From: Camelus dromedarius
Taxonomy: Eukaryota
Direction: 5' to 3'
DNA length: 64,000 nucleotides
NCBI RefSeq assembly: GCF_036321535.1
Contig: NC_087436.1
Span: 89,530,001 to 89,594,000 of the forward strand
Part shown: positions 51,208 through 64,000 of the stretch, piece after piece
Layout of the letters: each line of letters starts with the position of its first letter
How positions within the stretch are numbered: position 1 is the stretch's first letter
Program-made: the position numbers and the translations under genes
The notes under the pieces: generated by a model
What the model saw: only the letters and a program-made list of their open reading frames with translations
Told to the model about the DNA's origin: nothing
The model's database searches: none

Positions 51208-52089
51208 CACACTCTCTTAAATTCTAATGAAACTCATGGTCTTATAGGTTACCAAAATATTTCCTCAGACTTTATCCTTCCCATGCAAGTCGATGAATTT
51301 CAGGAAAAGATCACTTCCAAATCAGTGGATTATTGACACATGTAGACATTAAGTGAGCTACTACAAGACTTTGTCTTTCAACCTAGCAGATGGACTTCCT
51401 TGTGCAGAGGAGCACAAGTCTCTTACCAGTAGGGTAATCGTGTTAAAGATTCATGTTTTTCTGCCATGAAGTAAATTTTTTTTTAAAGCATAATTCTCAG
51501 AGCCAGAGTATGCATTTTTAAGACAGTTCAGGATCCTTAGTCTAGACTAGCTTTCTTCTATCGCATAAACTTACTAATGCACAAACACATTGCATTTACT
51601 GTGAATGATGCAACAGTCTTTCTGTATCCATAAAATGTTTGTATTTAATATGCATCCAAAGGCAGGGCATAAGTGGTAGGAGGAAATTGGGATGTTGCCT
51701 TAAAAATAAGGCTGACGAGGACCACCATCTTGCCATCTGCTGCAGATGATTTGCTTTAACATGTGGGTTAAAGGAAGGGAAACAGTCTATGGCCCTTAAA
51801 CTTTAAACTACCTACTGTACTGTAATCAAGAGAAACCCTGAATGTGTGGGATAGAATTCTTGGAGACCTCTCTTGCTTTTTTAGGGTCTAGGTAAGGGAT
51901 GTGGTTCACAGTCTTTACTGAGCCCCTCCTGGGTGCCTGGAGAAGTCCAAGGCCTTATTTTATCACTCCGTCTCCAGCTGCTGAAATAAAATGGCTGAAC
52001 GAAGGAGGCAGGAATCCAAGAGGCATTATTATTCCTCTTTTATTTTCCTTCTCTATAATCAATCAGTCACCAGATTCAGGAGAGGCTAA

Positions 52090-52690
52090 TATTTCTTGAT
52101 CCGTCTCCTCTTCTCTGCATTCCCATTGCCATTGCCTTAAACTCTTCATCATTTCCCACTGAGTTGATTACAGCAGTGCTCATCCTACTTTTGGGTCTGC
52201 CTCTTTCCACATTGTGAACATAGTTGCCTTTCTGTACCTTATAATAGTGTGAGACTACTCTCCAGCTTAAAAAGTCTTTAGTGGCCCCTTATGACCATCA
52301 CGATCTAGTCCAAACACCTTAGCAGAAAATGGTAATATAAATCCAAAAAAGTTATATTTTTGCCACCCTCCCAACTTTGCTGTTTCGTATCACATGCAGA
52401 TTCCTTTAAAAGCATTTTTTTGTTTTTTGGTTCCCTGCTTTCCTGATGCTACAAGCAGGGGTTTTGTCTGTCTACTAGGTAATCCTTTGCTGTCCCTTAT
52501 TCATAGAGCCAAGGTCATATGCTTTTCAACCTATCTATACTTGTCTGTTGCCACTTTTCTCCAATGGACTATAAACCTCATAAAATCCGCAAGTATGTAT
52601 TTTTCACTGTTTCATCTCCAGGGCACAGGAAGATTCCTAGCACTACATATTTATGTGTGTGTGTGTGTGTGTGTGTAAAATATGTATGTT
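52090..52690 (+). mobile_element. L2 3' portion with (GT)n at 52654-52676
   Basis: 'ctccagcttaaaaagtctttagtggcccc', 'tggactataaacctcataaa', 'tcctagcac'. Confidence 0.65.
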
Positions 52691-54784
52691 TGGATAAATA
52701 TTCTCCAACTTAGCCTGCTATCTTTTCTAAAATTACCCATCATTGGCATCTCATCTTTTGACAATAACTTGGATATATTGATGGCCATTGTCCTGCTTGT
52801 TATTTGAATTATCCGGCACCTTCAGTCTTCTTTGAACACCTCAGATAACAGAGATTTCACTACTTCCCAGGGTCTTTGTTTCCTCATAAAATAGCTTTAA
52901 TATTTATAATCTTCTTCTTCATGTTGAGCCAAAATCTACCTCTAAAGTTCTGTTCTAATTTGTCTTACTTTTGCCCCATTGAACCCCATCTACTGTTCTT
53001 GCAGACATCATAAATAATGGAAGGTTTTGGCCCTCTATGTATCTTGCTGCTATAACAGATTTTACTTTGTATGTGGAGGAAAAAGGCATTATTCAGGAGC
53101 TTCCTATAATACATCCATACATAATGCAGGGGGCTGTTTGTTGCAATATGACCCAATTAGACAAAAGCATTTAAATAACATATTTATCACTGAACAGTAA
53201 AAGATTATGCTAATAAAAGTAGTACACGATTATGTGCAGTATACTTTGGGGAAATGTAAAACTCTAAAAACTGGGCATTATGCTTTCCATGATGAAAGAT
53301 TTAAAGTCATCCTAAAGTACAGTGACTTTTTGCAGTCTCATTAGAACACCAAACTGAACAGTGATGATTCTTTTAACAATATATGACTACATTGCTAAAA
53401 TTTGGCTCCAGAAAGCCTGACACTCTGGTTTGCAAAATATAGGCTTATAAGCTAGGCTTTTCATAACATACTGGAAGTCCTATTTGTATTTTTCTATAAA
53501 GAATTTAGTGTGTCTTTTCTTAGTCATTGTCTTTGATAATACTAAAGAATGGCTAGCAAACCATGTATATTTGCAGTGAATTTTTAAAATATCAAGTGGA
53601 ATCACATATAATGTCTAGAGTGAGGGTGATTATGTAATTGAGGTAACAAATCAGAATGTTAAAAATTTACAGAAGCCTAATTTTATGTCAAAGATATAGA
53701 AACCTCAGTGATCTATTTGATAATTAAATGATATCTCTTTTTTATATTTCAAAACAAACATAGTCTTTTTATATAGTGCCTTATGTTTCTCAGTGAATGA
53801 CTTGCTGTGTGAATTGAATAGTGAAAGTGTTAATTTTATATTTAGTTTGAATTGTTTCCCTTTTGGAGTCAGGATCAACCATAGGAAAAATAGTCCCTTC
53901 ACTCCCGAGAGGGTTTATTATCAACTATCATTTTTACCCACCAACAATAAGATTTGAGTGGAGGAGAGATTCAGGTATATATTAAGCTTTCAAAATAGAT
54001 GGAGATATGAAAGAGGAGTAGGGTGTATAACAGAGAAGGAGAAAATAGAAGTAAAGGATAAACTCTCTGCAGCCATCAATACCAACAAATGATAGGTTGC
54101 ACATGGAATTAGGGGAAATAGACAACAGTCTACCAGTGGAAAAAGGATAAGACAGACATTGCCTTCCCTTTAAAGTCAAGTACTCCACTTTGAGCCAACA
54201 TAGTAATACTATCCACAAAAGATTTAGAGTGGAAAATTCATGATATGCATGAAAAATTAATAAAAACTAGAGGGCCGGAACAGTACTGAGTATCTTCATA
54301 TGGGGAGTTAGTATAACTTCTCTGGATTTGAGGACAAGGTCAGGCAAATTTACAATCCAACACAGAATCTTTGAAAGTATCCATTAATAGAAGAATCAAA
54401 TCCTAAGATAATGAGTTATAATTGTATGGCTGGCCAACAAGGGTAAGGAAGGTAGCATTTTCAAAGAGAATCAACTGCAAAAATTGGAAGCACTTTTCAA
54501 GAAGGGAATAACAGCTAGTTGAGCTGTTGAAAACATTAAAAGGTAAATGTCTTGACTGAAAAGTAACCATGGAAAGCATAACCTAACCAAGTTTGTGCCT
54601 GATTTTTTTAGAAAGACACTGTTAATGGGCTACATTCCTGAAAAACCAGAGCTTGAGAGCAAACATTCAGGTCAGTCCACAGAGAAAAATGGAATGAGGG
54701 AGTTAGGAGGGCATGCGTTACCAGCTACTGTAGGAGGTATAGCTTCTCTGAATCGTGAAATTAAGTTTAGTCATTGGCTGAGAC

Positions 54785-55147
54785 ATCTATCCCAGTCGAT
54801 TTGGGCAGCTATAACAAAATACCACACACTGAGTAGCTTATAAACAACAGCTCTGGAAACTGGAAGTTCTGAGACTTATTTCTCACAGTTCTGGAGGCTG
54901 GAAGTTTGAGATCAGGTGCCAGCGTGGTTGGGTAAAGGCCTTCTTCTGGGTGCAGGCTGCTGACTTCTTGCTGTGTCCTCAGATAGTGAAAGGGGCTAGG
55001 GGTCTCTCTGGAGCCCCTTTTATAAGGTCCCAATCTCATTCATGAGGGCACCATCTTCATGATTTAAGTACCTCCCACATGTTCCATCTTATAATACCAT
55101 TACTTCAGGGGGTTGGGATTTCAACATATGAGTTTGGTGGGGATACA
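54785..55147 (-). mobile_element. MaLR solo LTR (MLT1A/B-like)
   Basis: 'gggcagctataacaaaataccacacactgagtagcttataaacaacag...tctcacagttctggaggctggaagt...cagaccatagca'. Confidence 0.9.
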
Positions 55148-55189
55148 AGTATACAGACCATAGCAACATTCCTCTAGATAAGAGTCTTA

Positions 55190-55735
55190 ACAGTGGCAGT
55201 CCATAGACTGAATATGGCCCCCAGATGTGATTTGTTCACCCTACACCTTAGTTTTAGAAGCTAAGCCTACTCTCAAAAATCAGAATATTTCACACTCATA
55301 ATCCAGATGTTCAACTTCTTTAAAAAAGTAGATCTGGAAACCCAGCTCAAGTTCTAAGAAGGCAATAAATACAGTGTCCTTTTGTGGAAAGAACATGATT
55401 TCATTAGTTCACCGCTGTTTCCAGCATAGCCTGTTTCTCCCTGACACTAAAGCTTAGCACAGTTCTCAATTTTTATCATGCTTACATCATGGGTTTTCTT
55501 TGCTAACAGTAGAGAAATATTTTTCTGTGCCCATGTCTCCATCTAGAGTGGAAAAATCCAATCAGCATAAAAATAGACATTGTATTTCATGTGTTACAAG
55601 GAAACAGAGAATACATATATTTTTGTTGAAGTGTAAAAATTTTCTAGCTAAGTCTTAGGGAAACCATTAGCCCCTTTGCCACTTTTCCATTATTTTTCTA
55701 GCTTCTGTGAGTATTTAAGTCCATGCCTCGTACTC
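55190..55735. mobile_element. hAT-Charlie family element (MER102-like)
   Basis: 'aaaaatcagaatatttcacac...aatccagatgttcaacttctttaaaaaagtagatctggaaacccag'. Confidence 0.55.
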
Positions 55736-57231
55736 TAGACTCAACAATCTCGAAATTTTAAAAAACAGTCTTACTTAAAGCTCACCACACAAACTCCTTA
55801 GGTAATTCAGTTTCCTAGAGTCTTAACTTACAGGAGACAGATACCCTGAATGTTGCACCAAGGAGGCACTAGTAGTAAGTCATCCAGGCGTCTAAGACTG
55901 TGAGTTTGGATAGTGTGATCTGAACATCTGAAACCTAAATAACCTGCATAAGTTATTGAAAAAAAAGAACTTTCTGTGAGAATGAAGATCAGGTACTGGA
56001 TAGTGATCACTCCACTTAAGCACTTTTTGTAGCTCACTGTTCTGTTCTTTGGCATTTCTTTAAGTGAAAAAAAATGGATTTATTGTTTTGAATTTTTTGC
56101 ATGTCAGCATTTCTGAAATCAGAATTTATCTGATGATCATATATTTAATGTGGCAATATTTTTTTAAAAATCTCTAAATACTTGTCATTAAATTGATACT
56201 ATCTAAGCAGTGAGGAAATTAAGTAATACTCACTGCCTTAATGTATACACTTAAAGATCCTAAATAGTCAGAAAAAAATGCTAAAGACTTCTGGCATATC
56301 AGCATTTACAGAAGGAAATGGTATCGGAAAGATAATCTTTCGGATCACTTCGGATCAGTCATGTGGGTGGTAGCCTACTCCTGAATGAGGCTGACCTGAG
56401 TGTGTTGTCATTGGCCATATTTTTAATTCCAAACTATTTTGTCTTACCTAACATACTGCAAGAATTTGAATTACCTTCTTTGTAGTCAAATTATATTCAG
56501 GCTACATGAAGAGCATCAAATATTTCTTAAATAGAACCTGGATAATCAATTTGTTCCTGAAGTAGTTGTTTGTCTATTTTGTTTGTATGTGTATAGGCAT
56601 ATATGTTTATGTGTACATGCGTATGTGGATGCAACTTCAAATATAGATAATATTTGAATTCTCTGGTGGCTTCATACTTAGTCCATATAATTGAAACTTT
56701 GATTTTCCACTTAAGAAATCATGCAGAACATACACTTCATGCCTGTTTTGTGTTGGATCTCTTGCCTGTTAAGTTTCTATGATCTGGCAGGGGTGGAGAG
56801 ATAATTATTGAAGTACACTTAAAAGTCTGATTGATTAAATAAGGGTGAAATTCCACTGAATTAAGGCCATGTTCATGAATTCTGGTAGAAATTGTCAGGA
56901 GCAGGATGAGAGGACTTACTTTGTGTATGAATATTTAAATGTTGTAGTCCTCTGGAAAATATATCAGAGGCAGTCTGAAGACCAGCTAGACTGCCTGGGT
57001 CACCATGGGTAGAAATAGGATTCTGACCTTGGGTCTGCTCTAAAACCGTCTAACATAAAAGATCACACACACAAATTAGGGAAATGGGAAGTACTTTGTT
57101 GTTTTTGAAGTTGTAGAAAGGGAAACTAAAGCAAGCAATTATGTATATGTCTCTATCTATCTATATGTTTCCATTTGACTGATATGACATATGAGAACTG
57201 TGATGTATAACTCTCCTCTTGCACCCTGATT

Positions 57232-57345
57232 TCCTTGTCTTCTCCAGTATGGTGCTATACTTGGACACCTACCTTGACTTAACTCTATCCTTGTCTTCTC
57301 CAGTATGGTGCTATACTTGGACACCTACCTTGACTTAACTCTATC
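57232..57345. repeat. Perfect 56-bp tandem duplication
   Basis: 'tccttgtcttctccagtatggtgctatacttggacacctaccttgacttaactcta' twice, plus a 2-bp 'tc' overhang. Confidence 0.97.
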
Positions 57346-57619
57346 AGAATTCATTCACTAAGCAAACATTTATTGAGGGCTTTTATATGCAAGATACTCC
57401 ATAGGTGCTGGGAGTTTAAGTATGAATAAGAGTCCCTATTCTCAATAAATTTAAGATTAGGTGGGAAAAAAATCAGAGGGAAGGAAGGCCTTGTTAATAA
57501 AGTTTAGACTATGCAATTATAGAGCTAAAGGCCCTTTTGTTCTCCTCTGCTGGACACTATTCTGTTGTCACCTATTCCTATTCTCATTAAACTTCTTATA
57601 AGCCATTTCCCCTTAGACT

Positions 57620-57760
57620 ACAATAGTTATTATTATTATCCTTATTTACATATGAAGAAAATGAAACAAGGAAAATTTGCCACCTGCCCAAGGTCACATA
57701 ATTAATAAAGTTGCAGAGCTGAGACTAGAATTTCCTGAATCCTGCCCCCAGGATCATACT
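57620..57760 (-). mobile_element. MIR SINE
   Basis: 'tattattatccttatttacatatgaagaaaatgaa...cctgcccaaggtcaca'. Confidence 0.8.
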
Positions 57761-58779
57761 GTTCATATGGTTATTTGCAGTCTCAGCAAGGTAGTTTAAA
57801 AAATACAGACAATGGATGAATATATGACAGTAGTGATTAAAGAGGTCAGTAAGGTTCCTTAATAGATGGTAGAAGTTTTAGGTCTTTGATAAACTCTCTC
57901 TTCTCAACAACTTATGACCTACAGCTAGAATTTCTGATCTCTCCTGGGCCCTCTTGATTTTTAATCTCTAACGCTTCCAAAGGTCTGAGAAAGGCATAAC
58001 AAAAAGCAATTCATCATGTTGGCCAGCAGAGATCCATATTTCCCTGGGGCAAAGCAATGAACCTTTGAGTTTCAAACAGCTTGGGATATTGAGTCTAAAC
58101 ATTCAGATTTCAGGCATGAAACTCAAAGGAACTAAGAGTCTTTGGAAAATGCATTCTCAGCCTTAACTCTATTCATACGGTCTCAGCAGGAAACAGTGGT
58201 ACCATAACACGTACAGGCACAGTTCATCTCTCTCCCCTGTCCTGGGACCAGGAGAACACAGTAGGAATGATTGACCAATTAAAGCAATATAATCTGTATG
58301 TGGAAGGAAGAGTAGATGTGTAGTTAGTAAAGGCCATTTCTAATGTGCCTCTGAAAGCTGTGCCAGAGCTTTAATAGGCACCTTGGCTGCCTGAAAACAG
58401 CAGGAAACTATATCGCACTCCTGATGCTACCATTAGGTGGCCGGTTCTGCTGACAAGCAAGTTGTACGTATAGAAGGAAGGGCTATTTTTCAAGGAGCTC
58501 TGGCTTCTGCTGGCATAGCACTCTTTAAAGCTTCTTCTACTCACTTAAAAAAGGATCCGATTGAGGGAGGGCTGAGGCCCTGCTAAGAGAATACTTAGCT
58601 TGCTATATAAGTAACTCACCTGTCTTCCAAGTTTTCCTGGGTTTGATTTGCAGGCAGCTCAAGTGACTGAAAAATTAAGGGGCAGAGTGGTTTTAAGGGG
58701 CAAAAGAAGGAGAAAATGTCTGGTAGACCCAGTTAGAAGGCATATTTTACTGTAATTTGTTGTCATGTGCATGTACCAG

Positions 58780-59795
58780 TGTTGTTCTGAGTTTTCTTCT
58801 AGGCACTAGAACATGTCAGAAACCTTTTATCATAATTTTTTTTCTCTGCTGAATTTTGAATAATTTCCTCAGAATTATCTTCTTCACTAATTCTCTTCTT
58901 AGTTGTGACTGCCATTCATTGGATTTTAAATTTTAATTATATTTTTAGAAATTCTTTTTTGGTTCCTTTTAACATTTTCTTAGTCACTCCTTGTAGTTTC
59001 TTGTTGACAGAATATATTTTAAGATTAAAAAAAAATCTTTGAATGTAATAAATATGTTTATCTTGGAGACAGTCTCTGATAATTCCATTATCTGAAGTAC
59101 TCACGAGTCAGTGTTTTCTATTATTTCTCCTGTCTCTTGCCTGTGATGCCTTGTTTCCTTTGTGTTGTGTGCTGTGTTATGAGCTGCTCATTTTCATTAG
59201 ACTTTTAATTGTGAACTGGGGTAGAAGTGTGTTCTTCCAGAAAGGATTTCCATTTACTTCTGTGAATCTAGGCTCTCTAAATTATATTCTCAGTTTGAGG
59301 GCTTTCAGACTACCAAGACTGTGAAATTGGGCTGTAAACCTGCAGGAGGCCAGTTTGTGGCTCTAAAATCTTAATCACCATTTTTAGCCAGTGCCCTCTA
59401 GGCAGTTTCAAGATTTGAGAGAGTTCATTTTCTTGTAGTTCTCTGCAGAGTGGGTTATTTCCTCCCCACCCTTTCCCTGAGGAGATAACCCCTTAGAATC
59501 TCAGTTATAAGAAGATAGATTTCTGCCTTGAACAGGTTTGGTCCTTGGATACTAGTTTCTATACACAGTGAAACCATGAAAACTGAGGTTCAAATTCACT
59601 TTGGAGGAAGAGATCTCAGAATAATGCTGGCCAAACTCTTATGCTTCTTTAACTGGGTTCCTCCATCACTAAACCTCTGCTTTGAGAACATATGTACTTC
59701 CATGTATCCTGCCACATTACTGCAAATAGAAATCTTAATTTAAAACACTCTGGAAAAGAGATTTTTGACTCATCAGCTATTTTTTATAATTTCCT

Positions 59796-59830
<35 letters not shown>

Positions 59831-59880
59831 TTTTTGTTGAGGTAGAATGCCTCATTATTCTTTTCATCATGTAATATTAG
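58780..59880 (-). mobile_element. Old L1 (L1ME/L1M-like) 5'/ORF1-region fragment with (ATTT)n at ~59796-59830
   Basis: 'tatcttcttcactaattctcttcttagttgtg', 'gtctctgataattccattatctgaagt', 'ttcttccagaaaggatttccatttacttctg'. Confidence 0.65.
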
Positions 59881-60279
59881 CTTTGTTACCTCCACTTCTG
59901 GAGATGGAAATATGTTAAACATTCATCAGAAAATACACACTGACTATCTGCATATTTAGGCACTTCCCTGTATGCAGAGACATGAATTGACTTGTCATCT
60001 AATTCCTGTCAAATATATGGCTGAGATAATAGTTTTCTTGAGAAAGAGAGAAATATTGACTCTCTCCAAGGACCCTGTCAACCACCTACTTCTCGAGATT
60101 TTCTGTGCTCTGTAACTTTCAGTTTAGAACATTAGGAAGCAGTATATCTAGACCAGATTATCTTAATTGCTATACAAAAATTTTCACTGAATTCTGATTG
60201 AATATTACCCCAGTTTTTATGGAAAAATATTCTAACAAATGGTTATATAAAGAAATTAAAATAAAGTATTATATTTATA

Positions 60280-60740
60280 AATAAAATCCAAAATCCCTTT
60301 GAGGCTAAGGTTCTGCATTACTGGCTTTTACCAGTATTTCTCGTCTTACACGTGCTGGCTTCCCTCTAGTTCACAATTCTCTAGTCACACTGAGCTTCTT
60401 CCAGTTTCTACCTCGGGGCCTCCATGTGTGTTGAACCTTCTGGAATTTTCTTCCCCCTCTTCTACTGGAACATTTCTAGTCAATGTGTGGTCTCACCACA
60501 AATGTCTTTTGCTCAGAGAGGTCTTTCCTGCCCACTGATTGTAAAATAACGTTAATGTTACTAATACTTGGTGTTTTTATAGAATTTATCATATACCATA
60601 ATTATATCTGATTGTGATTGTTTAATGACTAGTTCCCCCACTGACCTGGGTAAGCTTCTTGAGGCCAGAGAATGGGTTTGGCTTTTTACTGCTATTTCCA
60701 TAAATATTCAAATTTACAAATAGCAGCATAGCATCAAAAT
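60280..60740 (+). mobile_element. L2 3' portion
   Basis: 'aaataaaatccaaaatccctt', 'ctcagagaggtctttcctg', 'gtaagcttcttgaggccagagaat'. Confidence 0.75.
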
Positions 60741-61216
60741 CTGTTTCATCTGCTCTAAAATGAAGATAATAACTAATGCCCACATTTTCTAATAGAAGTT
60801 TAAAAAATGTTGGCATAAGTAGTGGACTCTAAAGTAGACATACAAATATTCACTAGATGACATGCCACGCACTCCACCACCAACAATAAGAAATTCAAGT
60901 GTGTGCTTCAATGAAATTCCAAATGAGGCGTGTCATAGACCTAGTTTTTGTTTGTTTGTTTGTTTTTAAGTAATTGAAACAATAAATGAGAAAATATAAA
61001 GATTTCTCAGAGCAGTTTGAGCTGGTAACAGAAGGATGAGTTAGCATTGGCTACGTGACGTGAGAGGAGGAAAAACAGCCAACTCAGTGGAGAGAAGGAA
61101 TGGGGATTCCAAAAACTGAGAGAAGTCTGCATGTAACTAGAGTGCAGGCAGTGAACAGATTTGTGTGAGATGTTGTTGATTAAATGGTCAAGGATTATAT
61201 TAGCCTTATAGGTCAT

Positions 61217-61588
61217 TGTTACGAATTGAATGTTTGTGTCTCCCCAGAATTCATATGTGGAAGCCCTATCCCCAAATGTGACTGTTCTTGGAGATGGGGC
61301 CTGAGAAGTGATAGAGGTTAAGTCATAAGGGTGGGGCCCTAATACGATAAAGTTGGTATCCTTATAAGGAGAAAGAAGATGCCAGAGCTTGTTCTCTCTC
61401 TGCCATGTGAGGACACAGCCAGGACGTGGCTGTCTACAAGCCAGGAAGAGTCCTCACCAGAAAACAAACCCTGCTGGACCTTAATCTTAGAATTCCCAGT
61501 GTCCAGAACTGAGAAAATAAAATTCTGTTGTTTAGGTCATTCAGTCTATGGCATTTTTTCATGGCAGCCTGAGAAACCTGGGATAGTC
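61217..61588 (+). mobile_element. MaLR solo LTR (MLT1B-like)
   Basis: 'tgttacgaattgaatgtttgtgtctccccagaattcatatgtggaagcccta...ccagaactgagaaaataaaattctgttgtttag'. Confidence 0.9.
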
Positions 61589-62429
61589 TTATCAAAGATG
61601 TAAGTCATTATCTTGAAAGTGATAAGAAACTATTGAGTGGTGCCATGTCCTGACCAAAAACAATTTGACTTTTCACCATTGTCAGATTCTTTTGGTAAAT
61701 ATTTGTAGTCACTAATAGTTTGAGTAGGTTGTTCACATGGATAATTTTATAATGAGAGAAATTCTTAAACGATACTATCAAATATGTGAAATTGAATAGA
61801 AAGAATCCATGAGAACATTGATTCAGGCACTGTCCTTTGGCACTTTGGCAAACTTCTTACATTAAAACAAGGCCAATTATATTCTTTCTAAAGGCAGGAG
61901 CAGCCAACCAGATAGTTTAGTTAGATAATAGCATTCTGTGTACAGTAGATAAACTCAGGACCAACAGAACTCTAGAACTAAAGGGCTATCCTCAATTTAT
62001 CAGGCTGCTATGTTTGCTAGATTCTCATTCTTCATTAATGCAAGGGTGTTAGGTCTGATACAACATTTCTAGTCAACCATGTATCTTGAATACAACTCAC
62101 CTTATGAATGAAAAATTATTTCTAATGTCCTTTATGCTAATTATACTATCTGATTTATATTTCTGTAGTTATATGTTAGGTGCATATGTAGCCATTCCTC
62201 AAGTGTCCATTTCTGATTAGTGTATTTCAAATGATAACAGCCCTAGGCTGTAAACTTGAGATTATTTTATTCGCATGTATATTACACTATTTGTATTGAA
62301 ACATTTTAAAAGTAAATCATTAGAGATTGTAAAAATATTTTTCAGTGTGGATGTGGTATAGTTATGTTTCTGCTTTTAAAAGATCACTTGTGAAGGAGGG
62401 TTTAACAGATAGCACATACAGACCTATAG

Positions 62430-62975
62430 TGTGATACATGACATTAACACAATGAAAGATAAAAATCATATGATCATCTCAATAGATGCAGAAAAAGCAT
62501 TTGACAAAATTCAAAATCCTTTCATAATAAAAACCTTCAAAACTGGATATAGAAAGAATGTAGCTCAACATAATAAAGGCCATGTATGACAAGCCCACAG
62601 CTAACATCATACTCAGTGTTGAAAAGTTGAAAGCTTTTCCTCTGTGATCAGAAAATTTGCAAGAGTATACACACTTGCCACTTTTATTCAACATAGTGCT
62701 GGAATTCCTAGTACTAGGTGCTAGTGCCTAGTGCTCTGAAAGTCCTAGCCGGAGCAATTAGGCAAGAAAAAATAAATCAATAAACACCATCCAAGCTGGA
62801 AAGGAAGAAGTAAAGTGTCTCTGTTTGCAGATGACTTGATACTATATATAGAAAACCTATAGAATCCACCAAAAAACTTTTAGAACTAATAAACAACTTC
62901 AAGTTGCTGGATATAAAATCAACATGTAAAAAACAGTTGCATTACTATACATTAATACTGAACTATCTGAAAAAG
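62430..62975 (+). mobile_element. L1 ORF2 reverse-transcriptase region fragment, disrupted
   Basis: Encodes recognisable L1 RT motifs: 'catatgatcatctcaatagatgcagaaaaagcatttgacaaaattcaa' ([16 protein letters not shown]) and 'ctgtttgcagatgac' (LFADD). Confidence 0.93.
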
Positions 62976-62979
62976 AAGT

Positions 62980-63670
62980 GGTATATCAAATGTTTCAAGG
63001 GAGATGAAGTTATCAAAAATGATTTCTAAGTTTAACATGCTCAACTCCATTTGTGGAGGTGATGTTTACCGGGCTGGGGATTATTGGTAAAGACCAAGTT
63101 TGGGAGTGGAATGGCATTTAGGTCTTTTGATTTTGTAGACATCAGATTATCCTTGAATTATTTCTGAAAATCTTAGAATTTGAATTATCTTAGGAGAGAT
63201 GTTAAGAAGGCAGTTTAATGTATTGCCCTGGATCTAAGAAGAGGATTTATATATGGAGACATAATTTGGGAATCATCTAATCACCTATGATGATTAAGTT
63301 TATTAGTGTGACTAAGAATACCCAGAAAGAGAAAGAGCGTATAAAGTGAAAATAGAAAGAAACCCATGGCTAAGCCTTGAAGAACTATTTCATTAAGGAC
63401 CTGTTAGAGAAGGATGAGTTTGTAAAGAAGAAATAGCCATAAAATAGAAAGAAAATGAGGGGAATATTATAGAAGCTAATGGAAGAGAAGGTATCCAGAG
63501 AGATGCATCATTGGTGTTATTGTAGCTGAAGAGTCAAGAAAAGTGATTTAAATATGTCCATTTTAGGGACGGAGGGGCCATTATCGCTCTTTACAACATT
63601 TATTTATATAGAATGATGAGGTGGAAACTGGATGGAGTGCAAGAAGAATGAAGGGAAACTCAGGAAATGT
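62980..63670 (-). mobile_element. L2 LINE fragment
   Basis: 'ggagatgttaagaaggcagttt', 'ataatttgggaatcatc', 'gctgaagagtcaagaaaagtga'. Confidence 0.7.
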
Positions 63671-64000
63671 CCATGGTTCATTAATTATTGTTTGAAACTA
63701 AATCTGTTTTTCCATGGGATAGTGTACTTCTACACATTCTCATACTGTGTACAGTTCACTTAGTATAAATTGCTGTTTTGGCTTAAGGTATTTTTGTTGT
63801 TGTTCTGGAACTGTTTTCTTCAGTTATATACATGAATGTTTTAGGTAGGGAATCTCCAGCATCATCTAGCTGCTGAGTGTATGTTGTATAAATATTTTGG
63901 GGCTTTCCAATGTTTTGGCAGTTACCGTTTGCAGGCTCTTACATAACATATGACAGTGATTATAAGGCATACTTAAAGGGAATACCTTCATAATCTATCT

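Noticed and set aside
51731..51744. CTCF-like motif (also ~55853-55871 and ~59390-59405)
   Set aside because: Partial matches with core mismatches; expected by chance in 64 kb
61046..61063. ATTGG followed by TACGTGACGTGA (HRE/UPRE/ERSE-II-like)
   Set aside because: Spacing does not fit ERSE-II, probably lies in decayed L2 sequence, and has no promoter context
62479..62694. 71-aa minus-strand ORF
   Set aside because: Antisense translation of L1 ORF2
62700..62750. Scrambled 'ctagt' micro-repeats inside the L1 RT fragment
   Set aside because: Looks like a local slippage or repair scar in a dead element; no function implied

Overview
AT-rich mammalian genomic DNA, intergenic or deep intronic. 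It is dominated by decayed interspersed repeats: L1, L2, MIR, MaLR/ERVL/MER21 LTRs, Tigger and hAT-derived elements, and microsatellites. Three observations point to a cetartiodactyl, most likely a camelid (inference): an artiodactyl-type Tigger1 derivative, a young L1 3' end resembling camelid L1s, and no recognisable Alu, B1, Bov-tA, PRE1 or Can-SINEs. I recognise no intact protein-coding gene, RNA gene or CRISPR/prokaryotic system, and the supplied ORFs look like chance or repeat-derived ORFs. The most notable items are: a ~90-bp inverted duplication (27584-27674 vs 28453-28541) with a templated-repeat scar; an unidentified decayed coding-like insert with an A-tail (7932-8403); a CpG-retaining non-repeat segment with good splice sites (13960-15090); a near-complete MLT1A-type provirus; a perfect 56-bp tandem duplication; and a strong CTCF motif. 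Repeat names come from recalled consensus sequences, not a database search, and repeat boundaries are approximate. I found no convincing novel biological system.
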